Shown here: one piece after another, positions 25,759 to 39,500 of the stretch
Layout: every line of letters begins with the position of its first letter
How positions within the stretch are numbered: position 1 is the stretch's first letter
NCBI RefSeq assembly: GCF_006345805.1
Contig: NC_043011.1
Coordinates: 32,996,464 to 33,060,463, forward strand
Reading direction: 5' to 3'
Source: Octopus sinensis
Lineage: Eukaryota
DNA length: 64,000 bases
The notes under the pieces: generated by a model
What the model was told of the DNA's origin: nothing
What the model saw: only the letters and a program-made list of their open reading frames with translations
The model's database searches: none
Made by a program: the position numbers and the translations under genes

Positions 25759-27405
25759 CACACACACACATATATATATATATCATCCTGAACAACCTAC
25801 ACCCATCTCTCCAATTTACAAAGGAGATGAGTAGTATCAAATTACCATTCCTAGATATAAGGGTAATTAAAAAAGACACCACCATCACCACAGATATATA
25901 CTATAAACACACAGACACACATCAATACCTAAATTTTAAGTCGTGCCATCCACCACATACAAAACGCAACATCCCATACTGCCTAGCCAGAAGAATTTGT
26001 ACCATTATAGAAGATGCAAATATCAGGAACAAACGCCTAACAGAACTAAGAGAATTTTTGCTCAAACAAAAATACCCATCTCCACTTATAGAAAATGGCA
26101 TACAGCGGGCTATAAAAATACCCATACAACAACTTAGGACAACCCAAGGAAGAGGAAAACAAGAACAAGTCATACCATTCATAGTGACACACAACCCATG
26201 TCACCAGAATATCTTCAACATTACCAAAGCAAACCTACCAATCATTGCCCAAAGTAATGAATTAAAAGACATAATCACGGATCGAGCTATGTCTAAGGTA
26301 AAAGACAGCCTAAAAACTTGAAAAAATTACTAACAAAGGCAAAATTTGACCTTAGCAACAAAGACCAAACATTCACTGTATCTAAATGTAATGATAGCCA
26401 ATGTGGCACATGCCAATTCATACATACCGGCCAATATATAAACACAAAAACCGGGAAAATATTCACAAACGCGAATATGAACTGCAAAAGCAGAAATTTA
26501 ATTTACTGCATCAAATGCCCAAATTGTGAAGAAATATATGTAGGTCAGACGGGAAATGCACTATCAGAACGCTCACGTGTACACCGACAACAGATTAGAG
26601 ACCCAGAGGTCTGTCAGATACCTTTGAGTAACCACCTAGCAACATGTGGTCGGAAAATATATATAATATTTCCATTCTACAAATTACACAGCCCAAGTGA
26701 AATTGAGAGGAAAATCAGAGAAAAGAATTTTATTGATAAATTCGAACCCAAGCTAAATAAGCAATAATAATAATACTTAGATAGCAGGAAAATTATCTTA
26801 TTTAGGGTTAAAAGTTCTATTGCCACCACCATCACCACTAGCAACAATAATTAAGGTGCTGACAATGATGATGATGACAATTGAAATATAAAATTATAAA
26901 AAGGCTATTTACAACATTTCTAAAAGTAGCCCAACAATTGCTACCTCGGCCAGGGTTAAGATACAGGACTCTTGACATGTCCAACAAAGCGTGACACCTA
27001 AAACCAATCAGCTCAACCAACCAATCAGCTTAAGTAATTGAGTGATACTACACACTGATTGGTCAGAATACAGTTTGCAAAACCTAGCACTCTGGAGCCC
27101 ACACAGGTGTATTTAAGACACAGATTCAATCATCTCGCTACTGTCAAAAATTGTAAAGTTTGACTGTCACCACTACTACATGAACCTGAAGATTGCAGAA
27201 TTTAATGCATGAAAGTACTAGTTCAATCAGAATGAACATTTAACATTCTATTATTTTATTTTATTTTATTATATTATATTATCTTATATCATTATAAGAT
27301 TGTAAATAAAATGTGAAAATCAGACAAGGTTGGAATTCCTTTTATTAATATTGGTGTTGAATAGATATACTATTAATTAGTATCTAATTCTCTCACCCTT
27401 ATTAA

Positions 27406-27442
<37 letters not shown>

Positions 27443-27605
27443 CACGACGGGCTTCTTTCAGTTTCTGTCTACCAAATCCACTCACAACGCTTTGGTCGGC
27501 CCGAGGCTATAGTAGAAGACACTTGCCCAAGGTGCTACGCAGTGGGACTGAACCCGGAACCATGTGGTTGGTAAGCAAGCTACTTACCACACAGCCACTC
27601 CTGCA

Positions 27606-27639
<34 letters not shown>

Positions 27640-28053
27640 TTCAAAGATTAATAGAGAAGACGGCATATAGCAAAAGCATTTATTAGCGCAACAATTGTTT
27701 CTGCTTCAAATTGCACTGTTCCCTAGTGGACATGGAATGATACTATAATACCACCAGAGAGCAGTGCAGCTTGAAGCTGAAGCAATTGTTGTGCTAATAT
27801 AATAAATGCTTTTTGTTTTACACTGTATTCTCCATCAATCGTTAAAATATACCCTACGTGCACCCTGGAAGTTTTGGACATAGATCCAATGATGAATGCA
27901 AAGTATTGCTGATGATGCCTGATAGCCATAAGTGGCAAATGTGCTACGCAGGCACACTACCTGAGACTTACCCTGAAACAAAGTTTGGATACTGCATTTA
28001 ACGCCTACTTTCTAAACCTTAATTCTTTAACTTTAAAGCTCTCTCTCTCTCCC

Positions 28054-28107
<54 letters not shown>

Positions 28108-28250
28108 ATATATATTACAACAAAATTTTACATAGGGTCACCCAAGGTTTTGAAACCTTGGGTGACCCTATATAAAATTTTGTTGTTATAATTACTGCTC
28201 TGGTTTTCAGAGTGTGCTTGTTTCTGACATATGTGTTTTTGTTAACTCTT

Positions 28251-28300
<50 letters not shown>

Positions 28301-31300
28301 TGTGTGGTGTTTGTGTCTCTGTCTGTTTTTGTCTCCAACCACTATTCGACAGTCAGTGTTAGAGTGTTCATGTCCTGTAATGCAGCGGTTCGGCAAAAGA
28401 GACCGATAAAATAAATACCAAGCTGGAAAAAAAAATTTATATAAATACTGGAGTAGATTTGTTTGACTAAAAATTCTTGTAGGTAGTGCCCCAGCATGGC
28501 TGCAGTCTAATGTCTGACACAAGTAGAAGTTAAAAGATAACTATTTAGCTAAATAAAAACTGGAATTGTTTTATATAGGTAAAGCCCATAACATCTCTGC
28601 AAGCTGGTAAACTGTTATTAAGGGTGATAAATTTAATCCATTAGCCCTTTAGCATTTGCACCAACCATATGCGGCCCAGGTATTCCGTCTGTTTTATGTT
28701 CAAACTTGCCAGATCTGGCCTCTCATACTTATCCTATAATGTCATTTTAAAAATAAGCATTTGTATCATTGGAATCTCAGAGTCACAAGATAATGTCTGA
28801 TTAATTCCAAACAATTTGAATAAGCATTACATTTAGTAGTAATCTGAAATTTGAACTATACCAAACTGAACAAATTTATATCTATTTTCACTTTTTGTTA
28901 TATTTTTTTGCAGGAGACTACCAGTCATTCTGAAGGCAGGTTACGATATACTCGGAGTGCTAATCAGAATGGCAAAAGTTCAGTACGTAATCGAACATGT
29001 ACGTTGTTCCTACAGTCAGATCCACAATTATGGGAGTATATGACTGTAACATTAAAATATGTAAGTACGCCAAAGACTATTCAGTTGAAGTTTTATCGTC
29101 ATTTCATAATTATTCCTTCTACTATAGGTACAAGGCCTGAAATTTGAAGGAAGGAGACTAATTGATTACATCAAACCCAGCACTTCACTGGTACATATAT
29201 CATTGACCCTGAATAGATGAAAGGCAATGTCAACCTCAGTGGAATTTGAACTCAGAATGTAGTGACAGGTGAAATACCACTAAGCATTTCATCTGCTGTG
29301 CTAACGATTCTGCCAGTTCGCTACCTCATCATTTCATAATAATAATTTGATGTAATGTATATGAGGTTAAGGTGCTTGATTACTAGCCATATTTGCTAAA
29401 CCATAAACCTGACTACAGTCATGGTCTTGTGTTTTTTACATACATCTCTTCTTTTACTTATGTCTGCCTGGCTGACACTAAGTTCTGCTGTTGCTTCATT
29501 TAATACTGTTTTTCTATCTTTGCATCAGTTGGACAGAATTTTTTGAGGCAGATTTTCTACATCTATGTGCCCTATCTGTTGCTGAACCTCACCTGTTTCC
29601 AAGTAAGGTAATATCTTCCTATGTCCAGACATGTTTCCATGGAAGATTTGACTCTACTTGCACCACAGGGATACTTGTTATTGACCATCATGCAATGTCA
29701 AGGCTTGGAGACAGTAACAAACGCACATACAATGACATAGGTACACAGTGATCTTCTTTCAGTTTCTGTCGACCAAATCCATTCTGAAAGCTTTGGCCAA
29801 CCTGGGACTATAGTAGAAGATACTTGCCCTAGGTGCTATGCAGTGGAACTGAATGCAGAACCATGTGGCTGGGAGGTAAACATCTTACTACACAACCATG
29901 CCTGCTCCTAACCACGTATATATGTGATACACACACATGCACAACAGGCTTCTTTAGGTTTCCATGTACCAAATCCACTCACAAGCTGGGGCTGTTGTGG
30001 AAGACACTTGCCCAAGGTGCCATGCAGTAGAACTGAAAACCTGAAATCACATGGTTTGGGAGTAAATTTCTTAACCACACAGCTATGCCTGTTCCTCTCA
30101 TAGATGAAAAATTAGCATGGGAAAACTGTTGCAGGAAACTTAGAATATTGCCAAATTTCAACTGATATTTTTCAGAGAATGCAGATGCCTACTCAATCCT
30201 CAGTTTCATTCAGTCTGAGAAAATACTTGTGATAGTTCCGTTTGTTTTAAATACAATGGCTCACAGTCTAGGGTTTGCAGGTCCCTGGTAGTCCACTAAG
30301 GATTTGTGAGTTGTGTTTGAAATTTTAAAAGGCTGTTGTTCAGTGTGTAGAATTTTCCAGTTGCACATAACTTCAGCCTAGCATAAAACCATCTCCCTCA
30401 TTCTGTGTTCACGTTCCTCAGTTGAGAGGCGTTGTTTTGTGAGTCATTGGTGGTTTCATTGGTGCTTGTGCCAAATAAAGAGCACCAGTGTATTTTATAG
30501 AGTGGTTGGCATTAGGAAGGGGATCCAGTAATAGAAATCATGCCAAAGCAGACATTGGAGTTTGGCACAGTCCTCTGGCTTGCCAGCTCCTGTCAAACCC
30601 ATGAGCCCATGCCAACATGGAAACCAGACATTAAATGGTGATGATCATAACTATCAATTTTGTGATGAAACTGGGGAAATAAGTTTGCTCTGATAAAATT
30701 GGCTTATTTATTAGTAAACAGATCTTTCAAAAACCTGGCCTTCATGGGCAAAATGAACCTCTAGTAGGGAATGGTTGAGAATCAATGATTTATATGTTTA
30801 ATGAAGCTACTAGTGTGTTGCTTCTTTTGTGTTCAAGTATCTATCTAGTCAAATAGTTCAATTTAATCATAGTAAATTCATGACAATTATCATTACAGAA
30901 TCCTACACAGGCCAGAGACGAAATACTTGGTTTATTTGTAAATCATGTGAATGCAGTTAAATCGATCTATGAAGATACTAATTTTACAACATATGATGGG
31001 TCATCTTATTTTCTTGGTGTCAGTTTTGTTGTACAACGGACTACTGTAAGTATAACTAACTGTCCAATAGAATATTTGGTTTAATTCATTTATTTAGCTT
31101 TTTGTTGCTGCAAATGTAAATTTTAGCTGATTCTTCATTCAACTTGTTATTGTCGCATTTTTCATTGTCCAATCTCTGTTGAACTATAGTTTTGTATAAT
31201 ATTTGTTTTGCAGTGATTGAGGAATTTATGAACACTTTGTGTTGTTTTAACTGTAACTTATGGTATTCATGTTTCAATGCAGTCTTTAACACTGATATTC

Positions 31301-32599
31301 AACTATAACTTCTGACATCTATCTTTCACTAGCTTTAATGACAGTATCTGATAGCTTATGGCAGCTGTGTTTCACTGTTGCTTTGATATTTATGTTCATG
31401 TTTCACCGTGGTTTTGACACTCATATCTCATTGTAGCTTATGACATCAAAATCATTCTATAATTAATGACAGCCATGTTCTACTGAAGCTTGTATCATTG
31501 TTTGTCTCACTGTAAAGACACCAATGCTAATCTGACTCGCTTATGATCAATGTTTGTCCAAGTGTAATTTATGACCAATAGAGGGTCTTTGTCATCAGTG
31601 ACACCCAGTGGCTGATATATGAGCGTCTGGGCAGAATCACAGTCAAGAGATTTCAGAGATGTAATTTTTAACAACTTGTAGCAGCTATCGCTCTTTTGAT
31701 GATGATGTGCCTGTTTGTCTGGCTTATAAGCATCATTGTTTATCTGATTGTAATTTGTGATGCAACTATTTATCTCCTTGTATCTTATGATATGATTTAT
31801 GTAACTGACTTCAGTTTATGATGCCAATGTTTACCCGACTAAATTATTACTTTGCTGTTTAACTATAGATTATGACACCAGAAACTGAGAATTGCAACAG
31901 TGGGACAAATCCAAGTCAGTTCTGCTCTCCAAATATTGATGTGAGCAACTTTCTAAATCAGAACTCTCTTACTTCTCATGATGATTTTTGTCTGGCCTAC
32001 ATATTCACATATAGAGATTTCAATGGTGGAACTCTGGGCCTTGCTTGGGTTGGATCTCCTAACAGTAAGTGAATTGTTTCTTAATCTTTTTGTTGTTTAA
32101 TCGCCTCTTGTTTGTATGTCCTCCATTAACTATTTTGCTTCTTTCCAGTTTGTAATGGAAACAACCAATTTTTATGTGGATGAAATTACATGTTCAAAAG
32201 TTCTCTTCTTTTATAACAGTTGGGTGTAATTTGAGGAACATTAGACTAAGCTGCTATTTCCAGCATATTGGCCTATTGAGTAGGCATATAAAATGGCTGG
32301 ACAGTTGCTACTGGAACAAATTTGGTCATAGGTTTACTCTGTTAGCATTAAACTGGAGCTAAGCAACAATTCATTAAGTCTCTGGCTGACCTAAGTCTTG
32401 TGGAATGGATCTGGTTGATGGAAACTGAAAGAAGCTTAGTGTGTGTGTATGTATATATATGGTTACCAGTTCAGTCCCAGTGTATGGTACCTTCAGAAAA
32501 TGTCTTCTTGTATAGCCCTGGGCTGACTAAAGCCTTGTGAATGGGGTTTGTTGACAGAAAATGGAAGAAGCCAATCATATATATGTACATGCATACATG

Positions 32600-32654
<55 letters not shown>

Positions 32655-34651
32655 TACATACATAGTTAGTGACTTCAAAGTTTCAACCTACTAGCCTTTG
32701 TTGGGCACAGACTTCCACTTTGAAGTCACTGTCACCACTCATCTTGTAAAAGTATAATATTTATGTATGTGTGTTATAAATGAAAGTCATTGTCATGCAA
32801 GCAGTGTTGTTCATTTTCAATAATCTGTGAAAATATGTCTGGCCATGGGAAATATTACCTTGCTTGGAATCAAAGAAGTGTTGGCAACAGGAAGGGCTTC
32901 CAACCATAGACAATGTGTTGCAAAACATTCCATCAGATCTGTGCAAGTCTGGGGAAAAAGTATGTTCAGATGATGGTGGTGATGAAGAGATGAAAGAGAT
33001 GAGGAATTTGATGTCTTAGGGCTGTTATTTTATCTGAGAGAAAAACAGTCTCCACCTCTCTTTCAGACAGAGGAACAGTTACAAAACCTTGCCTTTTTTT
33101 CTTCCCCATGTCATTCAAACATATCCATACTCTGAAGATTAATTGACAATGACAAAATCACTGGTTGGTAACAAGATGGCTAATTAGTCTCTTAAAATTG
33201 TTTGAGAGGCAGCCTATTTTTAGCTCATTTTAATTCATTTCACACCACATTTGTTGACCTTCTTTCCATCAGCATGAAATACAGAAATGTCAGCTAATCA
33301 CAATGTTGACATTATTTTCACCTATCGGTTTTCTCATAGAACAGGTAATTTATGTGTAAACTAAAGCAATCTGTAAAAATGCTAACTTTTCACAACTAGT
33401 GATTAACCCTTTCGTTACTATATTTCTGACCAAAATACACCCCTTATGTGTTTCAATTAATTTCTAACATAATCATAAATTTAGTCTGGTTTCATTAAAC
33501 AACTATAACTTTTTTATTTATCAATATATTAATCTGATTTTTGGAAGATAATTTAATGAAATATTCTCAACCAATTCTATACTATAATTTTTGTCACAAA
33601 GTGACTCTAATTGCATGTAGATACAGGTAAATTCAACAAAATATAAAATTATTAAAATTTTGTTCAAACATCGCTATAGGGTTATTAGCTAATATTCAAT
33701 TGGGTATACAACAAAATTTTACGATAGAATTTGTTATTCTGGGTAACTTTCTGATACCCATAATAATATTTATGGCAAAATAGTCTTAATTTCATTTAAG
33801 GTTGTGGGAAACCACTAACTATCCTTTCTTTCGCTTTGTTTACATTTAGCATAACGGTTCGTTTCCGCCGTAATGATTTCAAATAGGCTCATTCGAAAAA
33901 GTAAAAAGAAATAGTCTAAGGCTTTACTCTCCTGAGAAAGTCTGTGGCTTGGTCCAGTTTCTTCAGAAAAATCACCGAAAGAAACAGTTTTTAAATTTTC
34001 ACTCCATTCAGGTGCCAATTCATTTTCTTTATCGCTGTCAGAGTTCTCGGATTCACTGTTTTCACTTTCGGAAAATGAAACATCAGATTCATTATCAAAT
34101 ACCACGTGCTTTTTTTTTCAGTCATAGAGTTAGATTTATGAAGGTCTTCAAGTAGAAAATCCTTCGAATTCTGACTCGCTGCTTGATATAATGAAATTCG
34201 TATCCATTTTTTGTCAGAATTACAAATTTTGAAAACACAATAGGAACAAATTTCGGAAAAAAATCTCCCAAAATTCACGGAATTAAAATTACACTTTGAT
34301 TGTTGTACAAAACTGTAGTTGAACTGTTTACGAAGTATAATACGTGTTTTCACGAATGTACTAAAGAGATTTGCTCTGATATTCTCATTTAAATATGAAT
34401 AGGTAAATACGGGCGGGTTTGGGCGGTTTGGTCACATTAACCAAAATTTTTTTGGGGCGGCTTTGGGCGGTTTGGTAACGAAAGGGTTAAACACAAGCAT
34501 GGCTGTGAGGTTTAAGAAGCTGGCCTTCTAACCTTGTGATCTCAGGTTCAGTTCCAGCTGTGCAGCACCTTGGGCAAGTGTCCTCGACTATACCGTCAAG
34601 CCAACTAAAACCTTGTGAGTGTATATGATAGACAGAAACTGAAAGAAGCTC

Positions 34652-34701
<50 letters not shown>

Positions 34702-37124
34702 CTTGTGATATCATGGTTGTAAATTAGCATCACCTTCATGTAAGAGATGTCCATTTCTTATCTTCCATGAAAAACTTGTTTGGCCATAGGAGCAGGTGCG
34801 GGCTGGTGACAAGGACATCTGGCTGTAGAAAATCTGCCTCAACAAATTCCGTCTGACCCATGCAAGCATGGAAAAGTGAACGTTAAATGATGACGACGAT
34901 GATGATTAGTCCTTACATTCTGTTGGTGTTATCATTTATTTATTTTTTTTTTTCATTCCCTTCTATGGTTATGGTTGGGAAGATAAGCTGATACCCACCA
35001 CTTTTACAGGGTTTTCTGTGACTGATGAGATTGATTACGTTGCTGTTACAAATTGGATTTGGAGGGTGGGGGAATGTGTGTGTGTGTATGGGAACTAGAG
35101 GATTCACACCAAGAGGAGGAAGGAATGCGAGTAGTGGTTAGTCTGGAGCTTGTGGGTAGGGAGATGCAGAATGAATACTGAAACAGTGGCATGCACCTAG
35201 ATTGCTAGCTCTGTGGAGCAGAGACTGTTGTATCAAAATGCGTCAGGGATGGAGATTGGAGTTAAATTGATGACTTCTTCTTTGTCAAATCATTTGAATG
35301 GCTTTCTTTTGGATGTTTTTGTCAAGAAGTAGTGTTGTTCCAAATGTAGTAGGAGTACTCCATTGTGGATCTCATTTGAGATTTCTTGAGAGTCAGCTGC
35401 TGTTCCAAGTCTGAAACATTTATTGACTCTAAAAGCTAAGCCTTTGTAAAAATGTGTAACACACATTAATCAAATTCATTTGTGGCAGATACTAGTGGCA
35501 CGTAAAAAAGCACCCCAGTGTCATGCAAATGACTCTCGTGCTGGTGGTACATAAAAGCACCCATTACTCTCTTGGAGTGGTTGGCATTAGGAAGGGCATG
35601 CATCCATAGAAAGCCATTCCAAATCAGACTGGTGTCTGGTGCAGCCTTCTAGCATGCCAGTCCAGCCAAACCATCCAACCCATGCCAGCATGAACAACTG
35701 ACATTAAATGATGATTTGTTACATGTAAATTATTCAGAGAAAAATGAAAATTTTGTTCAATGTATCTTACAACATTTTAATACATTAACTCTTTAGCATT
35801 TAAACCAGCCATATCCAACCCAGATGTTCTATTTATTTTGCTGTTCAAACCAACCAGATCCTGTCTGTTACACCTACCCCACAATATCATTCTAAAATTA
35901 AATAATTGCTTCATTGACAGCTTGAAGCTATGAGATAAGGCATGATTAATTCAAAACAATGTGAATGAGTAAACATTACATCTGACAGTTATGTGAACCG
36001 AAAAGGGTTAAAACTGAAGTCATTCTTCTGTCCATCATAGGAATCCAATTTTCCATGTACTCTTGCTATATATATTATATCACAGTATGTGTGTGTATAA
36101 TGACTAATTTATACATATCCACAATTCTCAAGGATGGTCATGCATTATGATATTTTGCCTGGAGCTCACGTATAAATGGACTTAGTTTTTTGTATTTAGG
36201 GTTTTCCATACATTTTTAATCTTTTCATAAAAGTGAAAGGATTTTGTCGATTTATTTATTTCCACTGTCCACCTATATAAATCACAGTAAGTTTGTGTAT
36301 AATGACTAATGCTTACATTTCCACAATTCTCAACCAGTTTTCACCAAACTTTACACATACACTACTTATGACCCAACAATGGCCATGCACTATAACATTT
36401 TACCTAGAGCTCCTATGTAATTGGACATAAATGGACATAGTTTTTTTTTGTATTTAGGGTCTTCCATACTTCTTTAATCTTTCTATAAAAGTGAAAGGAT
36501 TTTGTCTATTTATTTAAACAATCCAAGGGCTGCAGATTTTAGCAAAGTGATCTATATTTGATTCTCACAATCAGCCGACCTAATTATGCATTTCACTACT
36601 CACAGTTTTGAACTGCTAAACATTATTATTGCCCTTCCTTAACTTGAATCTTAAACATTAAAAACTTCATTCATTCATTTCTATACGTACATACTTTTTT
36701 GAATGCCCGTTACTCCAATAATTCTGCATTTTTACAGTTATACTTTTCCATGACAATAAATATGCTTTTTATTCCACAACATATTTGTTGTGGCTTCATG
36801 CAGGCTTAATATGGATTCATTCCTCAATTGCCAGATTTCACTTAACACTTCAACAGCGCTTTTCTCACGGTAAAACAATAGATTTTCTGTGAATGACAGC
36901 AGTTATACATTTCTCAGATGCCTTTGCCAAGCGGAATAATGTATTTGCCTCTCGCCAACCTCCAACAATCTCTCGCCACTCCAGCTGACAGTTTTTTGTA
37001 CTTTTTCATGATGGAAAATACACCTTTTGTGGCAGTTATAATGAAATTGCTTTCTTTTATCAGAGTAATAAGGCGTTTCAATAGAACATCTTTACCCCCG
37101 GGAATTACCGGGTTCACCAGCTAG

Positions 37125-37155
<31 letters not shown>

Positions 37156-38112
37156 CTTTATTCTTTTACTTGTTTCAGTCATTTGACTGTGGCCATGCTG
37201 GAGCACCGCCTTTAGTCGAGCAAATCGGCCCCAAGACTTATTCTTTGTAAGCCTAGTACTTATTCTATCGGTCTCTTTTGCCAAACCGCTAAGTTACGGG
37301 GACGTAAACACACCAACATTACTTGTCAAGTGATGTTGGGGGGACAAACACAGACACACAAACAAAACATATACACATACATATATATACGACGGGCTTC
37401 TTTCAGTTTCCATCTACCAAATCCACTCACAAGGCTTTGGTTGGCCCGAGGCTATAGTAGAAGACACTTGTCCACACACACACACACACACACACACACG
37501 CTATCTATAGATTCTACTTCATATTACTTGATATAGATTTAACCAGTCAGAAATTTAGCACCTTAATTATTCAACCAATGAATTTCTCTTATTTCTTGTC
37601 ACTAACTGTCTTATTTTTTTTAATGTACTATTTTGTTTGCAAAAAGTTTGGTAGAATTAGATTGTCACTACTTCTGTATTTAAATATGTGAATCAGAAAA
37701 TGTATGCAAAAGTTCTTCATAATTTTATTTTGATACGGTTAGCACAGCAGGCTGTCCTTGGATTGTAGAGTGATCTGCTGTTCTTGAGGAGACCTATTGA
37801 GTCAAGTACGTCAACACCAACATCAAAATAAAAATCAAATGGAAACTGTAGTTAAGATACCTGTGCCAGTGGCACGTAAAAACACCATCCGAACGTGGCT
37901 GATGCCAGCGCTGTCTGACCGGCGTCCGTGTCTGTGACACTTAAAAAGCACCCACTACACTCACGGAGTGGTTGGTGTTAGGAAGGGCATCCAGCTGTAG
38001 AAACACTGCCAAATTAGACTGGAGCCTGGCGCAGCCTCCTGGCTTCCTAGACCCTGATCGAACCGTCCAACCCATGCCAGCATGGAAAACGGATGTTAAA
38101 TGATGATGATGA

Positions 38113-38159
<47 letters not shown>

Positions 38160-39464
38160 AAATCATATATCGTCATCATTTAATGCCCATATTCCATATT
38201 GGTGTGATTTGGACAGTTTGAAAAGGATCCAGTGGGTTCATGGACTTCACTGTGGTTGAGTGTCTGCTCTGGTACAGTTTCTACAGCTGCATGCTCCTCT
38301 TAATGCCTACTAATCTGCAGGTTTCCTTTTTCATGCCATCAGCTCTGCTAATGTTGCCATGCAGCTTGCAAGTCTACTAAGCCCGAAGAAATAGTGGGTG
38401 CATTCTTATGTTAGATGGAAGTTGAAGTCCTTTTGTAGAGGAGCTACATGGCTACTCATGTTAAAGAGAGAGAGAGTGAAACACACATGCATTCAACTGA
38501 ACACTCAGTGTATTTGATATATACCTGCAAATTGTATTCAATTCAGTGTTTTTAACTAATATTATTGTTCACATTTAATTGCCATACATAATTCTTCTTC
38601 ATGGTTGACCTCTTTCATTTGCCAGTACTTACTGTATCTTTATATATTTATGTGTGTGTATCATGTTTGGATTAACTATATATACATACATACATACATA
38701 TATATGTTCTTTTCTCGTTAATATTATTAGACAGTTAAAAATGTATTTTCTTTATAGCAGCAGCGGGAGGTATATGTGAAAGATTTCAACCGTTCCCCGA
38801 AGGTACAAAGAAAGTTGATAAGAGCTTAAACACTGGAGTTGTAACCCTTGTCAATTTTAGGCAACGAGTTCCTCCAAAAGTTTCTCAGTTAACATTTGCC
38901 CATGAAGTTGGTCATAATTTTGGGTCACCGGTAAGAGTTCTTTTGTCTTTTCTTCTTCTTCTTCTTGCTTCTGTTCTGTTACGCTGTTGAAAGTAGTATG
39001 CTTCATGTCTGAAATCCATGTCTGACCTTTAATATCCTACCTGTTCCATGTTCAAATGGCTAAATCCAGCCCTCTTACATCTACAATATTATTCTGAAAA
39101 TAAAATATCACATCATCAACATTTCGAAGCTACAGGATAATGCATGATTCACTCAAAACAATATGAATAAATAAGTATTACATTTGACAGAGTAATCTAA
39201 ATGCTAAAGAGTTAAGCCTACTAATTTATTGAAATTAGATCAAGAAACCATTTTTACAAAATGCTCAACAATAAGGGTATTATTTAAAATCTATAATGTT
39301 TATTGCTCAGTTTTGCTCACATGTAGCTGCTACATGAGTCAGGGATACATAGTCATATGTAGGTAGGTCTTTGTCAAATGAATGAAAAATTATGCAACTG
39401 TTTTATGAGAGCTTCCGAGTAGAATAGTATTAAAACATTGACACATTTCAATTGAGAAACAACA

Positions 39465-39500
<36 letters not shown>

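Noticed and set aside
31890-31930. Extra cysteine pair (ENC..QFC) in the catalytic domain as a novelty
   Set aside because: I recall similar cysteines in arthropod Kuzbanian, so it is probably ancestral in invertebrates.
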